Positions 10,692-21,238 of a stretch of 64,000 nt of DNA are shown here, one piece after another. Positions within the stretch are counted from its first letter, which is position 1, and each line of letters opens with the position of its first letter. The DNA is from Candidatus Nomurabacteria bacterium (GTDB lineage Bacteria; Patescibacteriota; Minisyncoccia; Phycocordibacterales; UBA9973). The position numbers and the translations under genes are program-made. The stretch covers positions 10,841-74,840 of the forward strand of contig JAHFNT010000003.1 in the NCBI GenBank assembly GCA_023267195.1, in the 5' to 3' direction. The notes under the pieces are model-generated. The model worked only from the letters and a program-made list of their open reading frames with translations. It was not told where the DNA came from and did not search any database.

Positions 10692-11858
10692 ATGTTAGAC
10701 ATCAAAACATTCAAATCAGCGCTGGAACAGTTAGAAGAAGAAAGGAAAATTCCAAAAGAAAAAATACTCGAAGCGATCGAGCAGGCGATGGCGGCGGCTT
10801 ACAAGAAGGATTACGGCAAAAAGGGGCAGATCATTCGCGCCAAGTTTGATATGGAAACCGGCAAGACGGATTTCTATCAAATCAAAATCGTCGTCGATGA
10901 AAGCATTGCGATTTTAGATGAAGAAAAAAAGGATGAGGGAGAATATTCAGTCAAAGAAGAAGGTGATGAACGCGTGCATTTTAATCCAGAACATCACATT
11001 CTGCTAGAAGATGCAAAGAAAATTAAAAAGGGAGTAGAACTCAATGACGAGATAGTTTTTCCGCTGGAAGCGAAAGATGATTACGGCCGTATCGCCGCAC
11101 AAACTGCCAAACAAGTTATCATTCAGAAAATTCGCGAAGCAGAACGCACCTCTATCATCGATGAATACGGCACCAAAGAAGGGGAAATCATTTCCGGCGT
11201 CGTGCAAAAAGTGGAAAGAGGCAATGTGTATGTTGATTTCAACCGCGCTACAGGCATTTTGCCAGCCGAAGAACAAATTCCAGGAGAATATTGGACCCGC
11301 GGACAAAGAGTACGAGCATACCTCTACAGTGTGGAAGACACGCCTAGAGGCATAAACTTGCGCCTCTCTCGCACTCATCCAAAATTTATCGAAAAACTTT
11401 TTGCCATGGAGGCGCCAGAAATAGAAAACGGGATTGTAGAAATAAAATCTGTCGCCCGCGAGGCTGGCGCACGTTCCAAGATTGCTGTTCATTCAAACGA
11501 TGAACACATTGACGCAGTCGGGTCTTGCGTCGGACAAAAAGGCACCCGAGTAAATACGATTACTGGAGAGCTTTCCGGAGAAAAAATTGATATAATTCCA
11601 TGGTCAGAAGATCCGAAACAGTTTGTTTCAAACTCAATTTCGCCAGCCAAAGTTATCTCAATTGAGATAGATGAAAAAGAGCACAAAGCAATAGTAGAGG
11701 TAGCAAATGATCAATTATCGCTCGCCATCGGCAAAGGTGGACAAAATGTGCGCCTAGCCGCCAAGCTTACCGGTTGGAGAATCGATATCAAAGGTGATGG
11801 AACAGAAGTCGCTAAATCAGACGGAGAAAAGGTGGAAATTTTAGAAGAGGAAAAATAA
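10692..11858 (+). CDS. nusA: Transcription termination/antitermination factor NusA
   Basis: GRIAAQTAKQVI, S1 domain, AREAGARSKIAV, KH motif LAIGKGGQNVRLA. Confidence 0.98.
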   Translation: MLDIKTFKSALEQLEEERKIPKEKILEAIEQAMAAAYKKDYGKKGQIIRAKFDMETGKTDFYQIKIVVDESIAILDEEKKDEGEYSVKEEGDERVHFNPEHHILLEDAKKIKKGVELNDEIVFPLEAKDDYGRIAAQTAKQVIIQKIREAERTSIIDEYGTKEGEIISGVVQKVERGNVYVDFNRATGILPAEEQIPGEYWTRGQRVRAYLYSVEDTPRGINLRLSRTHPKFIEKLFAMEAPEIENGIVEIKSVAREAGARSKIAVHSNDEHIDAVGSCVGQKGTRVNTITGELSGEKIDIIPWSEDPKQFVSNSISPAKVISIEIDEKEHKAIVEVANDQLSLAIGKGGQNVRLAAKLTGWRIDIKGDGTEVAKSDGEKVEILEEEK

Positions 11859-11903
11859 ATTTATTATTAAATAATTTACCTCGCTCGGACGGGGAAAAAA
11901 CAT

Positions 11904-13925
11904 ATGAATCAATTTTTGTTGTTTGCAATTGTTAGCTCAGTTGTAGCTATTGTTTATGGTTTATTTTTAGCCAAATCAATTTTAAAAAAGAGCCCGGGCA
12001 ACGAGCGAATGCAAGAAATTGCTAAAGCGATTCAAGCAGGAGCCGGCGCTTACTTGAACAAACAATATAAGACTATCGGAATGATTGCGGTAGTGCTTTT
12101 CTTTGTTATTGGATTTAGTCTAGGCTGGACTATGGCTTTTGGATTTTTAGTGGGAGCGGTTTTTTCCGCACTCGCTGGATACATCGGCATGAATGTATCG
12201 GTGCGGGCTAATGTCCGCACTACGGAAGCGGCTAGGCAAGGTTTAAATAAAGCCCTTTCTCTCGCCTTTCAAGGCGGAACGGTTACTGGACTTTTAGTAG
12301 TAGGGCTTGCTCTCTTAGGAGTAACTTTATTTTATGCAATTACCAAGGACGTCAATGCGCTTATTGGGCTTGGTTTTGGCGCCTCTTTGATTTCAGTTTT
12401 TGCAAGACTTGGTGGAGGAATTTTTACCAAAGCAGCAGACGTGGGAGCAGATCTCGTCGGTAAATTGGAAGCTGGTATTCCAGAAGACGATCCGAGAAAT
12501 CCGGGGGTGATCGCGGACAATGTCGGAGACAATGTCGGAGATTGCGCTGGTATGGCCGCGGATTTATTTGAAACTTATGCTGTTACTTCAGTAGCCACCA
12601 TGCTTCTCGGCTCTTTGCTTTTTATTGGTTTTGAAAATGCAATTCTTTATCCGCTAGCTATTGGTGGCATAGCCATCTTCGCTTCCATCATCGGCACTTG
12701 GTTTGTGCGTTTAAGCAAACCAAAAAATGGAGAAAAGGCAAACATTATGGGCGCTTTGTATAAAGGCTTGATTGCTTCCGGTATCATTGCGGCAGCGGCG
12801 TTTTATCCCGTGACTAAATTATTAATGGCAGGCAATGGCAAATATGAAGTAATGGATTTATTTATTTGCTCGCTGGTCGGACTCTTGGTTACCGGCGCTC
12901 TCGTCGTTATTACCGAATATTTCACTTCTACCAAATACTCTCCCGTTAAATCAATAGCACTCGCTTCAGTCTCCGGCCACGGCACCAATGTGATTCAAGG
13001 TTTGGCAATTTCCATGAAATCTACCGCTCTTCCATTGATCACGATCGTTTCAGGAATATTGGTTAGTTATCAATATGGCGGACTTTATGGTATAGCAGTC
13101 GCGGCAATGTCTATGCTCTCCATGACTGGGATTATCGTAGCAATCGATGCTTACGGACCGATCACCGACAACGCCGGAGGCATCGCCGAGATGGCTGAAC
13201 TTCCAGAATCAGTGCGCAATGTTACAGATCCTCTCGATGCAGTCGGCAATACCACCAAAGCAGTAACGAAAGGTTATGCCATCGGTTCCGCGGGTTTAGC
13301 AGCTCTAGTACTTTTCGCTTCTTACACAGAAGAAATTATAAAAGCTGGTAAAAGCATAACTTTTGATTTAAGCAATCCATATGTAATCATTGGTTTATTT
13401 ATCGGGGGTCTTCTTCCCTACTATTTCGGAGCGCTTTGCATGGAAGCTGTAGGAAAAACTGCCGGAAAAGTCGTGGAAGAAATTCGCAGACAATTTAGAG
13501 AAATAAAAGGAATCATGGAAGGCAAAGCGAAACCAGATTACGCCAAAGCGGTTTCCATCATCACTGGCGCCGCGATCAAACAAATGATCTTGCCGGCCTT
13601 GATACCAGTTTTGGCACCGATTTTGGTAATTTTAATTTTTGGACAAGAGAATGGTTTGGTTGTTTTGGGAGGTCTGCTTGTCGGCTCTATTGTCACTGGC
13701 CTTTTTGTGGCAATTTCTATGACCTCTGGGGGAGGTGCCTGGGATAATGCCAAAAAATATATTGAACAAGGCAATCACGGAGGCAAGGGTGGAGATGCGC
13801 ACAAGGCCGCAGTAACTGGAGATACTGTCGGTGATCCATATAAAGACACAGCGGGCCCAGCTATAAACCCAATGATTAAAATACTAAATATCGTAGCTTT
13901 GCTTTTGGTAGCTTTCTTGGTATAA
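11904..13925 (+). CDS. hppA: Membrane H+-translocating pyrophosphatase, probably K+-independent
   Basis: [29 protein letters not shown]; GNTTKA carries the Lys of the K+-independent type. Confidence 0.96.
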   Translation: MNQFLLFAIVSSVVAIVYGLFLAKSILKKSPGNERMQEIAKAIQAGAGAYLNKQYKTIGMIAVVLFFVIGFSLGWTMAFGFLVGAVFSALAGYIGMNVSVRANVRTTEAARQGLNKALSLAFQGGTVTGLLVVGLALLGVTLFYAITKDVNALIGLGFGASLISVFARLGGGIFTKAADVGADLVGKLEAGIPEDDPRNPGVIADNVGDNVGDCAGMAADLFETYAVTSVATMLLGSLLFIGFENAILYPLAIGGIAIFASIIGTWFVRLSKPKNGEKANIMGALYKGLIASGIIAAAAFYPVTKLLMAGNGKYEVMDLFICSLVGLLVTGALVVITEYFTSTKYSPVKSIALASVSGHGTNVIQGLAISMKSTALPLITIVSGILVSYQYGGLYGIAVAAMSMLSMTGIIVAIDAYGPITDNAGGIAEMAELPESVRNVTDPLDAVGNTTKAVTKGYAIGSAGLAALVLFASYTEEIIKAGKSITFDLSNPYVIIGLFIGGLLPYYFGALCMEAVGKTAGKVVEEIRRQFREIKGIMEGKAKPDYAKAVSIITGAAIKQMILPALIPVLAPILVILIFGQENGLVVLGGLLVGSIVTGLFVAISMTSGGGAWDNAKKYIEQGNHGGKGGDAHKAAVTGDTVGDPYKDTAGPAINPMIKILNIVALLLVAFLV

Positions 13926-13969
13926 TCTATTTGGGTCCGATTATTAATCTAAATATAAGAAAAATACTT

Positions 13970-14893
13970 ATGAAAAAATACTTAAGTCTATTTATTGTTT
14001 TATTAATGGCATTTGCTATAAATGCCAACGTTTCAAGGGCAAGAGATGATGAATCTTTTGACGCTTCTGGTAAAGAAAAGGTCCAAGTTGAAACTAATTT
14101 AAAAATCGGGGTAAATGTTTCCGATGAAGATAGTCAAGATAACAGTAATGAAGATGAAGATAAGGATGGGGTTAATGATACTGAAGACAGGGATGACGAT
14201 GATGATGGCATATTAGACATCAAAGACCTCAAACCACTGGATCATGACAACGATGGTATTGATGATGCAAAGGACGAAGATGATGATAATGATGGCATAT
14301 TAGACATCAAGGATTTGAGTTTGTTTGACCGTAACAATGATGGCATCAAAGACAAAGAGGCTTTAGACATCGAAGCAAAAACAAGAACTGAGGCTGCTCG
14401 GGAAGAAGCCAAGAAAAAATTAGAAGCTTTGCGAGAAAATTTAAAAGAGGAGAAAGATGAAGCCAAAGCAAAAATCAAAGAATTAAGAATCACCGGGAGA
14501 GAGAAAGCGTTGGAGCGATTTGATAATGCAGTCGAAAGAATTAGTGAATTAAAAGACAAGGTAAACGAAAAAATTGTTAAATTGGAAGCAAAAGGGGTAG
14601 TTGTAGTGGAGGCAAAAGCTTTCGTTGCCTCAGCTGAAACAAAATTGAATGAGGCTAAAGCAAAAATTACTGAAATTAATACTGTACTGGCTGCGTCGAT
14701 TACTGAACTTTCTCTAGAGAGTAAAACAAAATTAAGAACTCTGGCGCAAGAAACTCAAACTCTCCTTGTGGAAGCGCATAAAGCATTAAGGGATGCGGTT
14801 AAGTCACTCAAGGATGCTGTAAAGGTAAAAATTGAAGCAAATGCAAACCTAAAGGTATCAGAAAACAATGATAAAAATGAAGGTAGTAATTAA
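13970..14893 (+). CDS. Secreted protein with Asp-rich DxDxDG (TSP3-like, Ca-binding) repeats and a long coiled coil
   Basis: Signal peptide from MKKY (13970); DDDDDGILDIKDL / DDDNDGILDIKDL repeats. Confidence 0.75.
   Translation: MKKYLSLFIVLLMAFAINANVSRARDDESFDASGKEKVQVETNLKIGVNVSDEDSQDNSNEDEDKDGVNDTEDRDDDDDGILDIKDLKPLDHDNDGIDDAKDEDDDNDGILDIKDLSLFDRNNDGIKDKEALDIEAKTRTEAAREEAKKKLEALRENLKEEKDEAKAKIKELRITGREKALERFDNAVERISELKDKVNEKIVKLEAKGVVVVEAKAFVASAETKLNEAKAKITEINTVLAASITELSLESKTKLRTLAQETQTLLVEAHKALRDAVKSLKDAVKVKIEANANLKVSENNDKNEGSN
14202..14310 (+). repeat. Intragenic duplication, 87-nt period
   Basis: ATGATGGCATATTAGACATCAA exact at 14202-14223 and 14289-14310. Confidence 0.85.
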
Positions 14894-14921
14894 TATTTTA
14901 TAAATTAAATTATTCAACACT

Positions 14922-15140
14922 ATGGAACCAGATAAAAAATCAAATGGAGCGCTTGTGGGCTTAGTAGCAATAATAATCATTTTGGTGCTGGGTGGAGTAT
15001 ATATTTGGATGTCTAACAAAAATCAACCAGATAATTCTGGAGCTCTTTCAGATCAAGATTCTGCTGCTCTAGATGCTTTAGACCAAGATGCAGCCAGTGT
15101 AGATGTAAATACTGGAGTAGATGTAAACGCCTTGCAGTAA
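14922..15140 (+). CDS. Small single-TM hypothetical protein
   Basis: 72 aa, N-terminal TM helix, acidic tail, followed by a terminator. Confidence 0.75.
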   Translation: MEPDKKSNGALVGLVAIIIILVLGGVYIWMSNKNQPDNSGALSDQDSAALDALDQDAASVDVNTGVDVNALQ

Positions 15141-15160
15141 AAATATTTAGAGTTAACCTA

Positions 15161-15194
15161 AAAAATCCCATCATCAAAAATGATGGGATTTTTT
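15161..15194 (+). terminator. Intrinsic terminator
   Basis: AAAAATCCCATCAT-CAAAA-ATGATGGGATTTTTT. Confidence 0.8.
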
Positions 15195-15229
15195 GACAAA
15201 AAACCTAAATAAATATAAACTGAAAATCT

Positions 15230-16291
15230 ATGAAAATAACAGTAAAAAAATTGCCAAAAAGCGAAGTGGAGATTGAGGGCGAACTCGAGGCGGATAAGTT
15301 TGAGTCTTATTTTGCCCAAGCGTTAAAAAAGGTAGGGGAAAATCTGGAATTGGATGGATTCAGAAAAGGCAAGATACCGGAAAGTGTTTTGCTGTCCAAG
15401 GTACCTGAAATATCTATCTTGGAAGAAATGGCACAGCTGGCTCTGGGAGAACACTACCCCAAAATTCTAGAAGATGAAAAGATAGACGCGATCAGCCGGC
15501 CGGAAATCTCGATTACTAAATTAGCGCGCAAAAATCCGCTTGGTTTCAAAATCAAAACTGCCACCCTGCCCGCCATAAAACTTCCCGATTACAAAAAAAT
15601 TGCCAAGAATATAATTTCAAAAATAACTGACGCTGAAAAAAATGTAACAGTTACTGAGGAGGACCTAGAAAACATGATAATAGATATTAGGAAATCTCGC
15701 GCACCGAAAGTGCACATGGCGGAAGGAGCCGACCCTGTGCACAAAGAGGGAGAAACCCATCCAGAACCCGAGTTGCCAGAATTCAATGATGAATTTGTAA
15801 AAGCGCTTGGCCCTTTTAAGGATGTGGCAGACTTTAAAGAAAAACTTAAAATAAATTTAAAACTAGAAAAAGAAAACACACAGAAAGAGAAAACCAGGCT
15901 GAAGATAATTGACGAAATAATTGAAGGCAGCACGCTTGATTTACCTGAAATTTTAGTTGAAATTGAGCTGGATAAAATTTTATACCGAATGGAATCAGAT
16001 ATTGCTCAAATGGGTCTTCAGTTTGACGATTATTTAAAGCACCTGAACAAAACAAAGGATGATTTGCGAAAAGATTTTCGTAAAGACGCAGAGAAAAAAG
16101 CTAAACTCGCTCTGGTTTTGAATGAAATATCTAAAGTTGAAAAAATAGTTGCTGATTCGGAACAAGTAGCTAAAGAGGTGGCCGCTATTTTGGAACAATA
16201 CAAAGAAGCAGATCCGGAACGTGCTCGCATGCACGCCGAGCAAGTTCTAACCAACGAAAAAATCTTTCAGTTTTTAGAAACCCAACAATAG
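15230..16291 (+). CDS. tig: Trigger factor, short form lacking the FKBP PPIase domain
   Basis: GFRKGKIP ribosome-binding motif; C-domain from ELPEFNDEF; only 353 aa. Confidence 0.92.
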   Translation: MKITVKKLPKSEVEIEGELEADKFESYFAQALKKVGENLELDGFRKGKIPESVLLSKVPEISILEEMAQLALGEHYPKILEDEKIDAISRPEISITKLARKNPLGFKIKTATLPAIKLPDYKKIAKNIISKITDAEKNVTVTEEDLENMIIDIRKSRAPKVHMAEGADPVHKEGETHPEPELPEFNDEFVKALGPFKDVADFKEKLKINLKLEKENTQKEKTRLKIIDEIIEGSTLDLPEILVEIELDKILYRMESDIAQMGLQFDDYLKHLNKTKDDLRKDFRKDAEKKAKLALVLNEISKVEKIVADSEQVAKEVAAILEQYKEADPERARMHAEQVLTNEKIFQFLETQQ

Positions 16292-16292
16292 G

Positions 16293-17015
16293 CTATTTTG
16301 GGAGATCTTTCTTCTTTGTATAGGCTTCTATGTCTATGAGCACTAGATGAAATTCTGTACCCCGTCTAACTATCATAAAACTGTTCCATTTTAAATCGTG
16401 CGGAATTATTCCATTCTCAAGAAAAAGTTTTCTTAATTCATCGGCTAGTCTTATAAAAATTTGTGGATTTTGGACGTCAACTCCTTTTATATTTTTATAC
16501 ACGGCATACTTCTGGGTAGATTCTTTGTCAACGAATGCCGCAATTGGCTCTGCAAGCTCAAGCCCAGCATAACCATACTTTTTTGCTAATTTCTGAAATA
16601 CGCCCTTGGAAATTATTTCTTTTATTTTTTCTGATAAAGTAATTTCATTTAATACACTGGCTCGAGCATAGATGGACTCCGTGTCAAAGTCGGAGCGAAA
16701 TGTTGGGTTGATGGGATTTATTTTAGACCGACCTCGAGCAAAATCTATATGTTCTTTTGTCCCACCTTTTTTATCTTTTACATAAAATCGCGCTCTTGTG
16801 TCAGAATCTTTAACCTGTCTAATTTTTTCTAATAAAACATCAAAGTCAACTGGATTCTTTTGCGCTATTTCGTGTTTAATAATCTCAAGAACAAGATCGC
16901 GATCTTTCGGCGATGGATAATCTAAATTAAGGACAACATCAACTCCCGGCAGGTGTTCAATTTTATAATTGCCTTTTAATTCCTTTTTAGGTGTGCTTAA
17001 TTCAAGTGTCTTCAT
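16293..17015 (-). CDS. Hypothetical protein, possible protein-kinase-like fold
   Basis: YAVYKNIKG, HDLKWNSFMI and LVLIDIE resemble kinase hinge, catalytic loop and DFG-position motifs. Confidence 0.55.
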   Translation of the reverse strand: MKTLELSTPKKELKGNYKIEHLPGVDVVLNLDYPSPKDRDLVLEIIKHEIAQKNPVDFDVLLEKIRQVKDSDTRARFYVKDKKGGTKEHIDFARGRSKINPINPTFRSDFDTESIYARASVLNEITLSEKIKEIISKGVFQKLAKKYGYAGLELAEPIAAFVDKESTQKYAVYKNIKGVDVQNPQIFIRLADELRKLFLENGIIPHDLKWNSFMIVRRGTEFHLVLIDIEAYTKKKDLPK

Positions 17016-17040
17016 ATATTAGACATACCAAAAACGTAAA

Positions 17041-17958
17041 TTATAATCCAAGTACATAAAGTAACAAGACCATGCGGATATAAAGTCCATTTTGGGCTTG
17101 GCGGAAATAGGCGGCGCGGGGATCAGAGTCAACTTCTAATTCTATTTCATTTATTTTTGGCAGTGGGTGCATAATAATCGCGTTTTTTTTCATATTTCTT
17201 AAATGCTCTTTTTTGAGTACAAACAAATCTTTCACCTTTTCATAATCTATCGGGTTGGTGAAACGCTCTTTTTGTACACGAGTCATGTATAAAACATCCA
17301 ATTCAGGCAATTTCTCTTCCAAACTTCTAAGTTCTTCCAATAAAACTCCCTGGTCTTTTAGATCTTTAACAAATTCTCTCGGAAGTTGCAATTCTTTCGG
17401 CGATATAAAATAAAATTTATTGCCCTCATATAATCGCAGGAGCGGAACCAGAGATTTAAGCGTACGGCTGTTTAATAAATCTCCCCCAAAACCAATATTT
17501 AAATTATCAAGCCTGCCGTGCTCCTTTTTTATCGTATAAAGATCAAGCAGTCCTTGAGTGGGATGTTGGTTATTTCCATCGCCAGCATTGATAAGTGGCT
17601 TGGTGGCAACTTTTGCCGCTTTTTCAAGTGTTCCTACTGCAGGATGGCGAATCACAACAACATCTGCATAGGAGCAAAGAATTTTTGTTGTATCTTCAAT
17701 GGTTTCACCCTTGTGGGCCGATGAATTTTCCATTGCGTTTTCAGCAGAAATAACTTGCGCCCCCAATTTGAGCGCCGCTGTTTCAAAAGAAAGCCGGGTT
17801 CTTGTGGAAGGCTCAAAAAAGACACAAGCGATTATTTTATTTTTTAATAATTGATTCACGTTACCATTCTGAACACTCTCTTCCACAGCCTTGGCACGAG
17901 ACAAAATTTTTTCAATTTCACTTTTATTAAATTGACTAGCAGAAATTATATTGGGCAT
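17041..17958 (-). CDS. pyrB: Aspartate carbamoyltransferase catalytic subunit
   Basis: FFEPSTRTRLSFE, INAGDG..QHPTQ, YMTRVQKER, MHPLP. Confidence 0.97.
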   Translation of the reverse strand: MPNIISASQFNKSEIEKILSRAKAVEESVQNGNVNQLLKNKIIACVFFEPSTRTRLSFETAALKLGAQVISAENAMENSSAHKGETIEDTTKILCSYADVVVIRHPAVGTLEKAAKVATKPLINAGDGNNQHPTQGLLDLYTIKKEHGRLDNLNIGFGGDLLNSRTLKSLVPLLRLYEGNKFYFISPKELQLPREFVKDLKDQGVLLEELRSLEEKLPELDVLYMTRVQKERFTNPIDYEKVKDLFVLKKEHLRNMKKNAIIMHPLPKINEIELEVDSDPRAAYFRQAQNGLYIRMVLLLYVLGL

Positions 17959-17962
17959 AATT

Positions 17963-20900
17963 TTAATTATTTAAATATTCTCTAAAAGATTTGATTTCCA
18001 AACTTTGGATCGGGTAACGAGCTAAAGCTTTGATAAAAGCTCGCGCCAAATGTAAATCAGTAAATAATGGAATTTGGCTATCGACCGCGGCCCGGCGAAT
18101 GCGAAACCCGTCGGTAACCACATGGTTCCTATCGCCAATACTTGTCTCCCCGGTAATTTCAGTCTTACTTAAATTTACCACAAAAGAAACTTTTTTGTTT
18201 TCAATAACATCGAGTGCATTGGGCGAATGCTCAAATGCTTTACGCACAACTGTGCATTTTATATTTTGTTTCTTGAAAAATTCTGCAGTCGTGTCGGTGG
18301 CAAAAATTTTATAATGGAGGGCAATCAATATTTGAGCTGTTTCTAAAAATTTAGCCTTGTTCAGCTCGCCTCCCAAGGAAAGCAAAACATTTTTATTTTT
18401 AAAATCAAATTTATTCGTGCTCAAGATTGACTTGAGAAGCGCTTCATCGTAATCTTTGCCAAAACAAGCCGCTTCTCCAGTGGAAGACATTTCTACTCGA
18501 AGCACCGGATCAGCCCCGAGCAATCTCCCAAAGGAAAACTGAGGAGATTTAACTAAGACACTTTTGGGATAAACAAAATTATGGATTTTAGCGCGGCCAA
18601 AAAAACTATCTACGGCTATCTCAGGAAAATTGGCATCCATCGCCTTAGAAAGAAATGGGAAAGTCCGGCTAGCTCTCGCATTGACTTCAATCACAAATGG
18701 TCTATTGTCCTTAACGAGAAATTGAATGTTGAATGGTCCGGTAATAGAAAGCTCGCGCGCGATTTTTTTAGAAATTTCACGCAATTGGAATTCTGTAGAA
18801 GCATAAACTCTCTGCGTGGGATATACGATAGTCGCATCGCCGGAATGAACTCCGGCATTTTCCACGTGTTCAGATATTCCATAAATCATCAGGTTGCCAT
18901 CTTGAGCCACAGCATCAAACTCAAGTTCTTTTGCGTTCTCAATATATTTGGAAATAGTTACAGGATGAAGCGGAGATAAAATAGCCGCTTTCCCTATAAA
19001 ATTATGGAGTTGTTTTTTGTTATAGCACACACGCATAGCCGAACCGGAAAGCACGTAAGAAGGACGAACTAAAACCGGGAATCCTTCTTTTTTTGTAAAT
19101 GAAAAAGCCTTTTCCATAGACGAAAAACTCTGCCACTTTGGCTGAAGTATGCCTAGTTTGTCCAATAGTGCCGAAAATTTATTGCGATCTTCTGCTCGGT
19201 CTATATTTTCAGCACTAGTTCCTAAAATATTAATACCAGACTGAGAAAGTTGTTTGGCTAAATTATTTGGTCTTTGTCCGCCGACAGAAATTATCAACCC
19301 TCCACTATTTTCAAATTCAAAAATATCAGCCACTGTTTCAAAAGACAAATTTTCAAAATACAATCGATCAGACATGTCATAATCAGTAGAAACAGTTTCA
19401 GGATTGCAATTCACGATAATAGATTTTTTGTTGTGTCGTTTAAGAGCCAACCCAGCATAAACAGAGGACCAATCAAATTCCACCGAAGAACCGATGTGAT
19501 ACGGACCGCTTCCTAACACAATAATTGCATTTTTCCCTAATGGAGATGTGTCATGGTGACTACCATGATAAGTCAGATATAAATAATTGGTTTTTGCCGG
19601 CACTTCTCCCGCCAAAGTATCAATGGCAAAAACAAAGGGTTTAATTCCTAACCGAATGCGCAATTGTCTAATTTCCAATTCTTTTTTATTGCACAAAAGG
19701 GCAATTTTCTTATCAGAAAAACCAACTCGTTTCAACTCCATCAAAGCAACTTTGTCTAAATTTTTATGTTTCAATAGCTTTTTTTCTGTATTTACAATAT
19801 TTTCTATGCGATATAAAAACCAAGGATCAATTCCGGTGATCTTATGAATTTCTTCTACACTCATCCCCCGCTTAATACTTTCGGCAACAGCGAATATTCT
19901 GTTCGGGGTAGCAGTATTTAAAAAATATTTCAGATCCTCGCCTGCTTTTGTTCTGGCAAACTTATCATCTCTAAAAAAGTTATCTGTAACGCTTTCCTGG
20001 AGACCAGACTGCATACGTACTGCTTTTTGAAAAGCTTCTTCAAAAGTTCTCCCGATAGCCATTACTTCACCCACTGATTTCATCGCGCTGCCGATATGCA
20101 GAAGCGCGCCATCGAATTTCACCAAATCCCATCTCGGCATCTTCACTACTATATAATCAAGCGCCGGTTCAAAGAAACTTTGAGTCACCTTGGTAACTTT
20201 ATTTTCTATTTCGAGTAAACTATATCCGAGAGCAAGTTTGGCGGCTACATAAGCAAGCGGATAACCAGTGGCCTTGGACGCAAGCGCGCTTGACCTAGAA
20301 AGACGCGCGTTGACTTCAATTACAAAAAAATCCACCCCACCCTTCTCCCTCCCCTGCGAAGGGGAGGGTTGGGGAGGGGTCGGGTTAAGCGCAAATTGCA
20401 CATTGCATTCCCCAACTATTTCCAAACTCTGCACTATTTTTATGCTTGCTTCTCGGAGCTTATGATATTCCTCGTTATTTAATGTTTGGCTGGGCGCTAC
20501 GACTATGGAATCCCCTGTGTGAATTCCAAGCGGATCTAAATTTTCCATATTGCATACTGTTACTATATTTCCAAATTGGTCGCGTACAACTTCGTATTCT
20601 ATTTCTTTAAAATGGTGCAGGTATTTTTCAATTAAAACTTGCGGAGATATTGAAAGGGCGCCTTTTACTATTTCCTCCAATTCTTTTAGAGAATTTACGA
20701 CGCCTGATTTCTGCCCTCCCAAAGCAAAAGCTGCCCTAACCATGAGCGGAAAACCAATTTTTTGGGCCACTATCTTTGCTTGCTTTAAATTGGTCGCGCT
20801 ACCAGACGGCGGAACCGGAATATTAATACTTTTCAAGTGCGTAGCAAACTTTTCTCTATCCTCCGTCAATAAAATTGAAGAAATCGGACTGCCAATAACT

Positions 20901-21238
20901 TTTACATTATATTTTTTTAAAATTCCCTTAGTATAAAGCGCCAATCCGCAATTGAGCGCTGTCTGCCCCCCAAAGGATAAACAAATAGCGTCGGGTTTTT
21001 CTTTGATGATTACTTTTTCAACAAAATATTCGTCCACCGGCAAGAAATAAACTTCATCGGCAAGGTTTTTGGATGTTTGAAATGTGGCAATATTTGGATT
21101 AACTAAAATAACTTTTATCTTTTCTTCTTTGAGCGCTTTGATCGCTTGACTGCCAGAATAGTCAAACTCCCCAGCCTCTCCGATCTTTAGGGCACCTGAA
21201 CCAAGTATTAAAATTTTTTTGTATTTATTTTTAGTCAT
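17963..21238 (-). CDS. carB: Carbamoyl-phosphate synthase large subunit, with an in-frame repeat-derived insertion
   Basis: GEFDYSGSQA, two ATP-grasp halves, IEVNARLSRSSALASKATGYP, NCNPETVSTDYD, MGS domain. Confidence 0.98.
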   Translation of the reverse strand: MTKNKYKKILILGSGALKIGEAGEFDYSGSQAIKALKEEKIKVILVNPNIATFQTSKNLADEVYFLPVDEYFVEKVIIKEKPDAICLSFGGQTALNCGLALYTKGILKKYNVKVIGSPISSILLTEDREKFATHLKSINIPVPPSGSATNLKQAKIVAQKIGFPLMVRAAFALGGQKSGVVNSLKELEEIVKGALSISPQVLIEKYLHHFKEIEYEVVRDQFGNIVTVCNMENLDPLGIHTGDSIVVAPSQTLNNEEYHKLREASIKIVQSLEIVGECNVQFALNPTPPQPSPSQGREKGGVDFFVIEVNARLSRSSALASKATGYPLAYVAAKLALGYSLLEIENKVTKVTQSFFEPALDYIVVKMPRWDLVKFDGALLHIGSAMKSVGEVMAIGRTFEEAFQKAVRMQSGLQESVTDNFFRDDKFARTKAGEDLKYFLNTATPNRIFAVAESIKRGMSVEEIHKITGIDPWFLYRIENIVNTEKKLLKHKNLDKVALMELKRVGFSDKKIALLCNKKELEIRQLRIRLGIKPFVFAIDTLAGEVPAKTNYLYLTYHGSHHDTSPLGKNAIIVLGSGPYHIGSSVEFDWSSVYAGLALKRHNKKSIIVNCNPETVSTDYDMSDRLYFENLSFETVADIFEFENSGGLIISVGGQRPNNLAKQLSQSGINILGTSAENIDRAEDRNKFSALLDKLGILQPKWQSFSSMEKAFSFTKKEGFPVLVRPSYVLSGSAMRVCYNKKQLHNFIGKAAILSPLHPVTISKYIENAKELEFDAVAQDGNLMIYGISEHVENAGVHSGDATIVYPTQRVYASTEFQLREISKKIARELSITGPFNIQFLVKDNRPFVIEVNARASRTFPFLSKAMDANFPEIAVDSFFGRAKIHNFVYPKSVLVKSPQFSFGRLLGADPVLRVEMSSTGEAACFGKDYDEALLKSILSTNKFDFKNKNVLLSLGGELNKAKFLETAQILIALHYKIFATDTTAEFFKKQNIKCTVVRKAFEHSPNALDVIENKKVSFVVNLSKTEITGETSIGDRNHVVTDGFRIRRAAVDSQIPLFTDLHLARAFIKALARYPIQSLEIKSFREYLNN
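20347..20380 (+). repeat. Family 1 palindromic element inside carB
   Basis: CCCTCCCCT-GCGA-AGGGGAGGG-TT-GGGGAGGGGT; read on minus as part of PTPPQPSPSQGREKGG. Confidence 0.8.
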
